The notes beneath the pieces were generated by a model. That model saw only the letters and a program-made list of their open reading frames with translations. It ran no database searches and had not been told where the DNA came from. A DNA stretch of 62,203 nt, counting the filler, from Sanchytrium tribonematis (Eukaryota): assembly GCA_018985235.1 (NCBI GenBank). It is 9 parts of 9 records of this genome, joined end to end, with 100 filler letters (N's around TTAATTAATTAA, not from the genome) between each part and the next. Parts side by side here need not be neighbours in the genome. Positions count along the whole stretch, not along the records: positions 27,997 to 52,936 come from JADGIG010000069.1; 8 more parts are not named here. One strand, written 5' to 3'. This document shows, one piece after another, positions 33,698 through 43,702 of the stretch (the stretch's first letter is position 1; each line of letters starts with the position of its first letter). A program made the translations under genes and the position numbers.

Positions 33698-34195
33698 TTA
33701 TTTTTTTTCAATCAACCAATTCTTGTAAATATTGAGTCGATGGACGATTAATCCACCAATAATCAATGTGAGCAAGATGGCAATCACATTGCCAACAATC
33801 ACAGATGTGTTGTCTCGTGTTTTGATGGCGTCCAAATCAGCATCTGATAAATTTGGATTGTCGATTTTTTCTTGCTCAATAACATCATCTGATTCAGATC
33901 CCATGATGGATAATGAGACGATGGCTAAAATGATGTTGATAGCAATGGTGGCAATGTATAGACGGAGAGTCGCAAGGGCTACTTTGACTTTTTCAGTCTT
34001 GATACTTGCAAGTCCAGCCACTGATGCTGCAAGGTAGAGCACACCCTGGATTATGGTGATAGATCCACGGGTACTAGACGATGCAATAAAGCCCGCACCA
34101 GAAACGAAGCATAAAATACTTCCAAGTAATACGAGAAGATGTAAGATAGTTAATCCTAACTTGATTCCGCAGCAACAGAATTTGGGTTGTTCCAT
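33698..34195 (-). CDS. Four-TM membrane protein
   Basis: KFCCCG N-terminus, four hydrophobic helices. Confidence 0.75.
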   Translation of the reverse strand: MEQPKFCCCGIKLGLTILHLLVLLGSILCFVSGAGFIASSSTRGSITIIQGVLYLAASVAGLASIKTEKVKVALATLRLYIATIAINIILAIVSLSIMGSESDDVIEQEKIDNPNLSDADLDAIKTRDNTSVIVGNVIAILLTLIIGGLIVHRLNIYKNWLIEKK

Positions 34196-34416
34196 TTTGA
34201 TGGAGATGGAGGGATGTGACTGTTAAATACTTGCAAAAAGACTTGGTAATAAAATGAACCAATCAAATTGTCTAAAGGCTTATGATACAGATGCTTGTTG
34301 GTAAACTCATTAAATCAGCGTGACTGTCACTTTCGGGCAAGTGCCCTTTTTAATCAGTATTGCTCTGATGGAGATGTAGCCTTTATTTTACTACATCTGA
34401 CAGATTACCCATTTAA

Positions 34417-37144
34417 ATGTACGCGTTGTTTTTGACATTGATCGCTGTTTCTTTGGATTGCTCATCACTTATCCAGTTAGCATATAATATGAATATCAAA
34501 TACACGAATCCAGACTACTATATCCAATATGAAATGGATTGTTGTTTGGGAAATGGAGTCATTTGTGAAAATGAGAGGGTTGTAGAACTACATTGGGGAT
34601 TTACTTCAACATATCTAGATAAAACATACAAAGAAGCTACGTTTCCAAGTCAATTGCGCGTATTGGACCTGGCAGGAAGTACCTCGTTTTTGAAAATTAA
34701 AACTTTACCAAATACTTTACGTGTCTTAGACTTGGGAAGATCAATTAATACAAAATGGAATATCACTCAATTTCCTGAGTTGACATATGTTGGATTGAAT
34801 GACTTTATTAAAGATAAATTGCCCATTTTACCAGATACGTTGGAGTATATCAATTTACAAGGATATCAATTCAATATCCTTCCATTCAATGCGACCAGAT
34901 TGCAATACTTATACAGTTTTGCTGGATTCGTGGACCCATCACCATTTCCCAATATTCCAGAGTCGATAAAACATCTTTTTCTATCCTATAGCAATTTATA
35001 TGGGCCTATTCCCCATAAATTTCCATCAATTGAATCACTTTATGTATCTAATAATGCATTGAATGGTACTTTGAATATCACATCTCCAAATATTACTTAT
35101 TTGAGTCTTGAAAAGACCTATTTTGATAAATTGATTTTTCCTAATTCTACAAAATTATTAACATGTAGTCTAAGTGGTCTATATTTAAATAAAACAAGCT
35201 CAGTGACAAATTTACCAAAGATTTGTTCATATCCGGAGAAGCAACCACAATCTATAGATTGTCCAAAATTGATCGAATTCGCAAACCAGTTAAATATGCA
35301 TCTTACAAATCCAGATTATTTCAATGCACTCAAGTCCCTTAGAAATTGCTGTGAAGATCCACTAGATTATGTGATTTGTAGCGGGAATAGAGTCACTAAA
35401 ATTACCTGGGATTCAATGCATTTAAATGGTACGATTAACGCTACATTGTTACCCATTACAATCACAGATTTATCATTCGGTGGCAATAATTTCCAAAAGA
35501 CATTTCCAAATCTCAAGTCTCTCTTTAATTTGCAAACTTTTCAAATTGGCTCTTCAAAATTACACGGAGAAATTCCAAAAACTTATTTACCAAATTTGAA
35601 AGAATTGCGAATGGCATACAACCAATTGAATGGAACAGTCCCATATGTTCCCGGCATGAATATACTATTTGCAAATCACAATTACTTTACAGATCATGGC
35701 TTAAACGGCAGCACATTATCGAGTATTGATTTGTCGTACAATTTGATAAAAGGCGTCATTGACATGTCCAATTTCCAGTTTTCGTATTACTGTTTTTTCA
35801 AGTTTTCTAGAAATCTATTTACTGCCATTATTACGAGAAATAGTATAGATGGAAAGAATATATTAGATTGCAATGTATCAGCCAATAATTTAACGCTCTC
35901 TTCGGTTCAAAATTTTGTAAATTGCCGCCAAGACCACCAAATTTATACAGACCAAACTTCGTGTCGATATGTCACTAGATTGTTTAAGAAAATGGGCATT
36001 ACCACCCCTGAGTTGGAACAGAATTGTTGCGCAGATCAGCCTCGTATTACTTGCAAGGGTGAAAATGTAACTAATCTCTTCTTTTATGGAGATTCTTTAA
36101 ATACGTACTACGGAAAGGCATTTTTATTGGAAGATATTCCTCCTACGCTCCAAAGCCTAAGATTTACGGATGTTGTGTATAACCAGTCTGTTTTAATTCC
36201 TGAATTACCATCCACAGTAACAGAATTAGTCATAACAAATTCGAATTTTGTTGGTGGTATTCCTAATTTGCCAACAGATTTGAATTACCTCTACTTTGAA
36301 AATTTAAATTTAAATGGCACACTAAATACTTCATTAAATGCTTTAGAGGTGATAATCGTAGTGAGTTGCAATTTAAGTGGCACCATTGCTTCATTGCCAC
36401 CCAATTTACATTTGCTGGATGTCTCAAACAACTCCTTCTCGGGCAATTTGCCAAAAATGCCTTCAAGTTTGAAGTATTTAACACTGGGAATCAAATCAGA
36501 TGAACGAAATACATTTTTGGGATCATTGGTGCTTCAGAAACCACTTTCCATCATTTTGGGAAACGTCAACATCTCTGAAATCTTTATTAATGATACATCC
36601 CAGTTATATTCTTGTGATTTGTCATTTAACCCATTAGAGAATAGCACCAATATTGCCAACTATTCCGTTTGTAGCAAATATTATTTGGCGCAATATAAGA
36701 AATCATACATTCTATTGGATAATTCGTTAATAGTTGCAACTAAAAGTGGTAAATATTACTAATTTAGTAGAAGTTTTAAAATTAAATTCAATTCAAACAA
36801 CAGATTTAATTCAGTCTTCAGAAATTGAAGCAAGGTCCATTTTAGACACTCCGGGCCCATTTTATTCTGTTGTTACCAGAATACCAGGTAAATTATTATC
36901 AAAGACTTTTTATAGTGCCACGTTATTTAACTCAAGCAGTACGGCAATCGCCAATGAAGTAACTTCAACTAAATTCCCAATTCACTTTAAATTCTCGATT
37001 CCGGTATTTGAACTTAAAATGACTATTCCAATGCTCATTAAATTAATGGCTAATTCAATGTTTCTAGGGGGCATTCTGTTTAAATTACCATGTGGAAAAA
37101 GAAAGAAAAAATATGATAAATCAGTCACTGTTAGTGGATATTAA
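34417..37144 (+). CDS. Large LRR receptor-like membrane protein with three Cys-capped LRR modules; exons 34417-36748 and 36768-37144
   Basis: Repeated DC..L..../CC...C caps and LRRs; the 19-nt intron joins them to stalk+TM. Confidence 0.88.
36749..36767 (+). other. 19-nt spliceosomal intron GTAAATATTACTAATTTAG
   Basis: CTAAT branch motif; removal gives KSVEVLK and fuses the two ORFs. Confidence 0.9.
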
Positions 37145-37155
37145 TAGTAAATAGG

Positions 37156-37780
37156 TTATTTATTAAAGTGCTTATTGCGTGCAAACACATTGTCTTTCTC
37201 TGTTGGGTCCAAATGTTTGATATAACTAAGAAATCCATTCCAAAATGTACTCAGCGTATTTACAACCACTGGCTGATAAATAATAGGCACATATCTAAAA
37301 TTAAGTAGTTGAATGGGACTCCTAAATGAATATAAATTACCAAATTAATGCTTCTACCAAATAAGTGGGTAAAAAATACGTTTTATAATGTTCTTTAAAT
37401 TGAGTCAATGAACTACCCGTCAACATGGATGTACTAAAAAAGAACAATGAAATAAAGAATGGATCAAAACTGACCATATCAATAGATAATTTAGTCGCAC
37501 TAATTCTCATTGGTGTTTTTAATATATTTAACCGCTTTAATACAAATGGAGCCAGTTTATCTAATTTCTGATACCAATAATAATATAAGCTACCTGCTGC
37601 AAAACCATATCCAGTCATCACAGATGCCCTTCTCATATCAAATTCACTTAAATTGGGTAAGTCCGTATTTTGTAGTTTATTCTTCTCAAATCCCTCATAG
37701 TATTGAGACATGACATCTCCTAACATCCATAGACCAGCACCATATATAGAATGGCGTACATAATAATTAGAAAATACCAT
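37156..37780 (-). CDS. Mpv17/PMP22 (Sym1-like) protein; exons 37780-37341 and 37321-37156
   Basis: GDVMSQ, FDMRR, WYQKLD, IW|SPIQLLNFRYVP...WNGFLSY after splicing. Confidence 0.92.
37322..37340 (-). other. 19-nt spliceosomal intron GTAATTTATATTCATTTAG
   Basis: Removal restores the Mpv17 motif WxPxQxxNFxYVP. Confidence 0.95.
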
Positions 37781-37823
37781 TTAAAAAATTAGAAAGATTT
37801 GGGAGTGTTTGAAAAGGGTCATT

Positions 37824-38216
37824 TTATTTATTGATTTCTTTCATTTTAAATTCTAATAATTCACGCATTTCTCCACTAGATATGTCTAATGCAGACTGAT
37901 TCTCACTATTTAGAATCATTAAATCGGCTTCATGCTCCAATAAATACAAAACTATCTCAAAATGTTGATTCTGGACAGCAAACATCAGTGGCGTCCATCC
38001 TAAATGATTTTGGTGATTGATTTGTGCCCAATGTTTAATAGAAGCATGATAACTAATTAATAATTTAGCAGATTCCAAAGATCCGATTTTAGAACATAAA
38101 GATAAAGGCGTATAATCCATTCCTTGATAGTCTATCATCTCTTCAATTTTATCATCATCTATTAACTGTTTAATTTGATCTGTATTATTAGAGAGAATCG
38201 CATCCACCCAATTCAT
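37824..38216 (-). CDS. Ankyrin-repeat protein
   Basis: YTPLSL, GWTPLMFAV, SALDI. Confidence 0.88.
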   Translation of the reverse strand: MNWVDAILSNNTDQIKQLIDDDKIEEMIDYQGMDYTPLSLCSKIGSLESAKLLISYHASIKHWAQINHQNHLGWTPLMFAVQNQHFEIVLYLLEHEADLMILNSENQSALDISSGEMRELLEFKMKEINK

Positions 38217-38261
38217 GTTTTGGTTGTTTTAGATTTAAATCATCAATTTATCGAATTCTTT

Positions 38262-39191
38262 TTATTTAAAATCATATTTGATGGTCATCTTTTCACTCCA
38301 TTCCCATAATTTATGAGCTAATTCCTCATTTTTAGCTAATGCATTCAATTCGCATTGTTTTGGAGATCCCCACATCTCAAAGAATGTATCTGGGCCATAA
38401 AACCCATTCGGACTCACTTTATCACTTGTAGCAGCATATAAAGAGGGTAAAGCACCTTTATCAGCAGTTTGTGCGAATAAATAATTGAAACATTTGACCA
38501 TATAGTCCATAAATGAGCCAGATTTGACTGCAGGACCATTTGGGTTGTATGGGATATTGGTAGAAGTAAGGCCAGGATGACTAGAAGTCACAGTCATGTT
38601 CAAATTGGCATTTTTAGATTTTTGTTGCAACATCAAAGAAAACCAAATATTTGCTAATTTGCTATTTGCATACGCAGTAAATGGCTTATAACCACCTTTT
38701 GCATAGTCCATATTATCAAAATCAATATTAGGACCAAGTCTAATGGCATTTGAAGAGACATTAACAATTCTAGCATTTTTAAGTAATTTTAATAAATGAC
38801 CAGTCAATGCAAAATGACCCAAATGATTTGTACCCATCTGCATTTCAAATCCGTCTTTTGTCTTTGTCAATTTAGGTGTAGTGGAAAGACCAGCATTATT
38901 CACTAATATGTCAATTTTAGTTTCATTCTTCTTGATGAAATCGGCAAATTTCTGAACAGATGATAAATCACTCAAGTCTAATTGACCAAATACCAAATTA
39001 GCTTTAGATACTTGCTTTTGCATTTCCTCAATGGCAGCTTTGGCTTTTTCTTCATTTCTACATGCCAAATATACTTTCGCATTCTTTCTAGCTAATTCTA
39101 ATGCAGTATGGTATCCTATACCAGAATTAGCACCTGTTACAATAGCCACTTTTCCATTTAAATCGGGAATATCATTAGCAGTCCATTTCAT
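38262..39191 (-). CDS. Short-chain dehydrogenase/reductase (retinol-DH/WWOX-like)
   Basis: TGANSGIG, NNAG, GTNHLGHF, YANSK, HPG. Confidence 0.95.
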   Translation of the reverse strand: MKWTANDIPDLNGKVAIVTGANSGIGYHTALELARKNAKVYLACRNEEKAKAAIEEMQKQVSKANLVFGQLDLSDLSSVQKFADFIKKNETKIDILVNNAGLSTTPKLTKTKDGFEMQMGTNHLGHFALTGHLLKLLKNARIVNVSSNAIRLGPNIDFDNMDYAKGGYKPFTAYANSKLANIWFSLMLQQKSKNANLNMTVTSSHPGLTSTNIPYNPNGPAVKSGSFMDYMVKCFNYLFAQTADKGALPSLYAATSDKVSPNGFYGPDTFFEMWGSPKQCELNALAKNEELAHKLWEWSEKMTIKYDFK

Positions 39192-39322
39192 ATTTCAATG
39201 TTGCAAACGGGGATTTCATTCAAACTTGACATTTTCAAATCACGAATAGCATTTGCCACGCTACGCCATTCACTCATCATCATAGATCAAAGAGATCAAA
39301 ATCACCAATTCCAATTCTAATC

Positions 39323-39441
39323 AGCTACGGCCATACACACCTGGAAACACCTGATCCTGTCAAATTTCAGAAGTTAAGCAGGTGCTGGCATGGTTAGTAC
39401 TGCCATCGGAGACGGGGTGGGAATCCCATGTGCTGTAGCTT
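39323..39441 (+). rRNA. 5S rRNA, dispersed copy 1
   Basis: AGCTACGGCCATAC...GAAGTTAAGC...TTAGTACTG...GCTGTAGCT with paired termini. Confidence 0.95.
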
Positions 39442-39548
39442 CTGTCATTTTACCAATTGCTATAATTTCGTCTTCATATAATCAACGAATCAAATGGCCC
39501 GTTAAATTAATGACTGTTAAATTTAAAGAGAAACTCCCTACCTCGTCC

Positions 39549-39854
39549 ATGATTTACATTGTGTTCTCTTACGCTATCCCAGCTTTGTCTCCATTGACTC
39601 CATTTAGCAACTGTGTCGTATGGCAAAGTCTATCTTGTCAAAATCAACTTCATTGTGAAACTGAAGCATTAGCTAATTGTAAGAGTATACACGGAGATGA
39701 TCTACAGCAGGAAAGCCCAGATAAAAACAAATTGGATAAGTGCAATGCTTTATGTGATGAAAATTGTCCTAAAGTTGAATATGATTGTTCAAAACAATTT
39801 AGCACTGTAATTATTGATCGGGCTCCTGTTCGTGTTAAAAATCCAATAAATTGA
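39549..39854 (+). CDS. Small secreted Cys-rich protein
   Basis: MIYIVFSYA start, 8 Cys; the upstream part of the track ORF runs through the 5S gene and is spurious. Confidence 0.6.
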   Translation: MIYIVFSYAIPALSPLTPFSNCVVWQSLSCQNQLHCETEALANCKSIHGDDLQQESPDKNKLDKCNALCDENCPKVEYDCSKQFSTVIIDRAPVRVKNPIN

Positions 39855-40442
39855 AAGTATCATAATTGGTTTTATTATACAACAAACACCGTGTTTTTTA
39901 TTTAAATTTTTTGCGTCTTTCATTTATTAAAAATGTAACAATCACTGCAATCGTTACAGATATAAAAGTACACAAATCAATCATTTTACATGGTATCTTT
40001 GTCTAACACAGATCCACTTGCTATAATTTTCATTACATGGCTGTAACAAATGCGTGTCAATATATGGAAACAGAAAAAGGGGAATTGAGAGCATCATTGG
40101 ATGAAATTGAATATTTGCATTAATTTAGAATTCGCAAACTATTAATGTATTTAAATAATCAAAATAGATATATGGCATGGCAAATGGCAAAGAAATTGAG
40201 GGATCCAGAATTTTAATGAAGAGATTTGGAAGAAAAGAGGCAAAATTATGCAAAAAGACTTTTTAAGATATTACTTTGACGGAACAAAAGATGTTTAATA
40301 AATCAATACAACCAGTAACCACTCGGATGCACCGAATCTTGTCGTCTCTTTCTCCAATTCGCTCTCTTATCTGATTGGTTCAATTTGATTGGTCAAAATC
40401 AACGAATTTTGCCAGTTAAGCAATTTGCACAATAAATGCATC

Positions 40443-40865
40443 ATGAGTTCATTATTCACTGTATTATATGCCATATCTTGTACTGATTCAATCGCATTCA
40501 CACAATGTCAATCTGCTTATAATCTCAAATTAGACACAGAATGTAATCAAAAATTGAATAGATGTTATGATTCTTGTGTCCAATTGGATATCACATTGGC
40601 AGCAAATGAGAAAACATCTGCTCAATCTCAAACAGATGCGCATTGTTTAGCTGCTAATAGCTATAAACAACCCAGTTTACCATCTACTAATGACACGACT
40701 GTATCAGCAACCCCATCAACAACATTTAATATCACTGATTATATTTCAAAAGTCAAAAATGATGGAAATATCCAAGATTCACTTAAAAAGTATTCTAAAA
40801 GTGATATCAGTGCGGGAAGTGGATTGAAGAATGTTCTATTGCTGGTAATTTTGTATTTTCAATAA
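40443..40865 (+). CDS. Small secreted, probably GPI-anchored Cys-rich protein
   Basis: Signal-like start, 6 Cys, S/T linker, SAG followed by a hydrophobic C-terminus. Confidence 0.7.
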   Translation: MSSLFTVLYAISCTDSIAFTQCQSAYNLKLDTECNQKLNRCYDSCVQLDITLAANEKTSAQSQTDAHCLAANSYKQPSLPSTNDTTVSATPSTTFNITDYISKVKNDGNIQDSLKKYSKSDISAGSGLKNVLLLVILYFQ

Positions 40866-40881
40866 ATTTATTGTGAATCAT

Positions 40882-42114
40882 TCATATTTGGCTTCCCAGC
40901 GTAGCTTGAGTTTGCCGTCTATTGAATTTACTAGGCACTTTAACAGACATCAATGTTCCCAAAGTATTCCGTCTACCATATTGTGATACTACTACTGGTG
41001 CTTTCACTAGTCTTTTAGCCACCAATAATCCCACGATAATGAAAACCAATAAAGCAACCACTAAATAGATCCAAATACTCGAGAATACATCAGACTGTGA
41101 TGCATTTGCATCTATATTTGGACTATTGGTGATACTGGTAGACCATTTGGCAGTCAATTCACTTGATTTTGAGATATATGTGTATTTGGTGGTGATCATT
41201 GGAAAAGTAGTCGTAGAAGTTTTATGCACTATGATGGGTCGTGTTTTAATGGTATAATTGGGCTGTTCATCAATTGAAGAATAGTCTTGAGTGTTTAAAT
41301 TGAGAAACTCAGAAGTATTTTGAGAAATCTGTGAAATACTCCAAGTTGTATTTAAAGCATCTGTAGAGCTATTTGACAAGAAAGACAGTGTTGTAGCTGA
41401 TGTAACAGTCTCATGAGTAGACTCTTGACTGGTCCATAAACTCATTTGTGTGGTTGATTCCTTGATTGGGTTTGTGATGCTTCCTCTGGTTGAAATTGTT
41501 GTTTGCAAGCCTCTATAAGTGGTTGTCGTCAGCATATTTGTAGTAAATCGTGTTGAAATGGTCGTAATAAGGTCATAAACACACAATTGCTTGAGTGTGG
41601 CGGAAAGAGAAGATGGATTGACTTTGGCATGGCTCAAATCACAAGTATAGGGTGCAACAAACTTGGTAGTGGATGTAATAGATACTGCAGATATCTGTGT
41701 ATATGAGATATCTAAAATAGTGGGACTATTAATGGATAAAGATCCAGAAATGAGTGTATTTGAAATATCCAAAACATTCAAATTGGTCACTACTGGCAAA
41801 GGCCCATCAATTTGAGTATTTTGAACATTAAGGGTTTTTAAAGTACCTGCTAATGTGGGTAATTGTCCTGTAATATTCGTATTTCCTTTTAAAATAATGG
41901 TTTTAATAGCCACTAAACCACTCCATGTTAAACTAGTAATAGATCCAAATAATCCACTTTTAGACCAGTCAATTGTTTGAATATTGGTATTGAAGCATGT
42001 GATGCCATATCCTCCATTACAGCAATTGGGTGCGAATGTACTGCTATACGTCGTATTCATTCCCAGTCCTTGAGCTAGCGCAATTGCTATTTTACAATCC
42101 GATGTTTGTCCCAT
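40882..42114 (-). CDS. LRR/Ser-Thr stalk/TM receptor-like protein
   Basis: DC..CC..C cap, LDISNT LRRs, mucin-like stalk, TM, YGRRNTLGTL tail. Confidence 0.88.
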   Translation of the reverse strand: MGQTSDCKIAIALAQGLGMNTTYSSTFAPNCCNGGYGITCFNTNIQTIDWSKSGLFGSITSLTWSGLVAIKTIILKGNTNITGQLPTLAGTLKTLNVQNTQIDGPLPVVTNLNVLDISNTLISGSLSINSPTILDISYTQISAVSITSTTKFVAPYTCDLSHAKVNPSSLSATLKQLCVYDLITTISTRFTTNMLTTTTYRGLQTTISTRGSITNPIKESTTQMSLWTSQESTHETVTSATTLSFLSNSSTDALNTTWSISQISQNTSEFLNLNTQDYSSIDEQPNYTIKTRPIIVHKTSTTTFPMITTKYTYISKSSELTAKWSTSITNSPNIDANASQSDVFSSIWIYLVVALLVFIIVGLLVAKRLVKAPVVVSQYGRRNTLGTLMSVKVPSKFNRRQTQATLGSQI

Positions 42115-42248
42115 TGCTGACCCACGTCAAAAAGATGCCATCTTCTCAAAAGAGCACATTTAACGTATTCCAATTGGCTCAAAAATTAGAATGTTCCAAA
42201 AATCTTTCAAAAATTCCAAAACAAAAATCGTCAAAAGAATTCAATTTA

Positions 42249-43589
42249 TTAATTCAATAGATTCGAATGTGATGTTTCAACAGTCATTTGAGTCTGTCTC
42301 TTTGTAAATCGACTCATTCTTACAGTCATTAATGTCCCCAATGTATGTCTTCTACCATATTTAGATACGACAATCGGTGCTTTAATAAAGAATCTCGCTA
42401 ATAATAATCCAATGACAATAAAGATTAATAAGACAATTAAGCCATAAATCCATAAACTAGCCAATAAATCAGAATTTGAACTAGTTTGACTATCTATACT
42501 AGCATTTAATGTGCTTGTAAATGGATTAATTGGAATAAAATGAGATTGATTTGAACTTGAGAAAGAGAGATGTGTCACAAATGTAGAATATATAGGGCGT
42601 GTTTCTATAAACTGGTGTGATTCATTGGATAGTGAAGCAATGGATTCCAATTGATTTGTAGTTTCAAGGGATTTAGCATCAAATTGTTTTGTAGAATAGA
42701 CGAGTCCATTTAAAGTATCAGTGGATACTATAGTCATAGATGGGTGTTCTGTAGTGTCACTAGAAATGAAAGATACTTGAGAGATGCTTTGGGAGTCCTT
42801 GGAATCCATTTGTGTGTTTGAAGTTGCTTGACTCTGTGAATCTGATTTTAATTCTAAATGACTAGTTTGTCCTTGATATGTAGTTTGAGATGGTGTCTTG
42901 TTAGTAATTTGCAGTCCCGTTGTTGTTAATAATGAAACATCTGAATTTGCAAGCGAATTCTTGAGGGTACTTGAAGTGGTAGTTGATGCTTTGAATAATC
43001 TAGTAATTGTAGCTGGATATGTGTTGATCAATGTCAATGGATCATAAATGCACAATTGCTTGATTATAGTTGACAATGAAGATGGATTTACTTGAGAATG
43101 ACTCAAATCACAAATATAAGGTGCTACAAAGTTGCTAGTAGATGCAATTGATACACTAGATATCCCTGAATACGAGATATTCAACATATTTGGATTATTA
43201 ATGGATAAAGATCCAGAAATGAGTGTATTTGAAATATCTAAAATACTCAAATTGGTCACTACTGGTAAAGATCCACTAATTTGAGTATTTCTAATATTCA
43301 AAGATGTCAATGCACTGGGTAATACTGGTAATGGTCCAGTAATATTCGTATTTCCTCCCAAATGAATAGATGTGATCCGACTCAATCCACTCCACGTCAT
43401 ACCATTTAATGAACCATTTAACAAACTAAATGACCAATCTAATGTCAATATGTTCCCTCTATCACAGGTTAATCCATATCCCCGTTTACAACAATTTGGA
43501 GTTGCTGAGAAACTATTTAAATTTGAATCACTCATTCCCAATCCCTGTGCTATAGCAATAATGATATTACAATCAGCAGTCTGGGGCAT
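42249..43589 (-). CDS. LRR/Ser-Thr stalk/TM receptor-like protein (tandem paralog)
   Basis: Close paralog of 40882-42114; YGRRHTLGTL tail. Confidence 0.88.
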   Translation of the reverse strand: MPQTADCNIIIAIAQGLGMSDSNLNSFSATPNCCKRGYGLTCDRGNILTLDWSFSLLNGSLNGMTWSGLSRITSIHLGGNTNITGPLPVLPSALTSLNIRNTQISGSLPVVTNLSILDISNTLISGSLSINNPNMLNISYSGISSVSIASTSNFVAPYICDLSHSQVNPSSLSTIIKQLCIYDPLTLINTYPATITRLFKASTTTSSTLKNSLANSDVSLLTTTGLQITNKTPSQTTYQGQTSHLELKSDSQSQATSNTQMDSKDSQSISQVSFISSDTTEHPSMTIVSTDTLNGLVYSTKQFDAKSLETTNQLESIASLSNESHQFIETRPIYSTFVTHLSFSSSNQSHFIPINPFTSTLNASIDSQTSSNSDLLASLWIYGLIVLLIFIVIGLLLARFFIKAPIVVSKYGRRHTLGTLMTVRMSRFTKRQTQMTVETSHSNLLN

Positions 43590-43702
43590 CTCTTAACAGC
43601 AATGGGGGGCCATCATTTTAAATAGCACATTTCAAGTATTTCATTGGATCATCATTAGAATATTCCACGTTTCAAAGTTGAAAAATAATCAAGTCTCTTT
43701 TA

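Noticed and set aside
39390..39548. N-terminal part of the 154-aa track ORF
   Set aside because: Overlaps the 5S rRNA gene; the real start is probably 39549
39993..40011. 19-nt GTATCTTTGTCTAACACAG matching intron length and branch position
   Set aside because: Splicing yields no convincing ORF in any frame; possibly a UTR or pseudogene intron, so not counted
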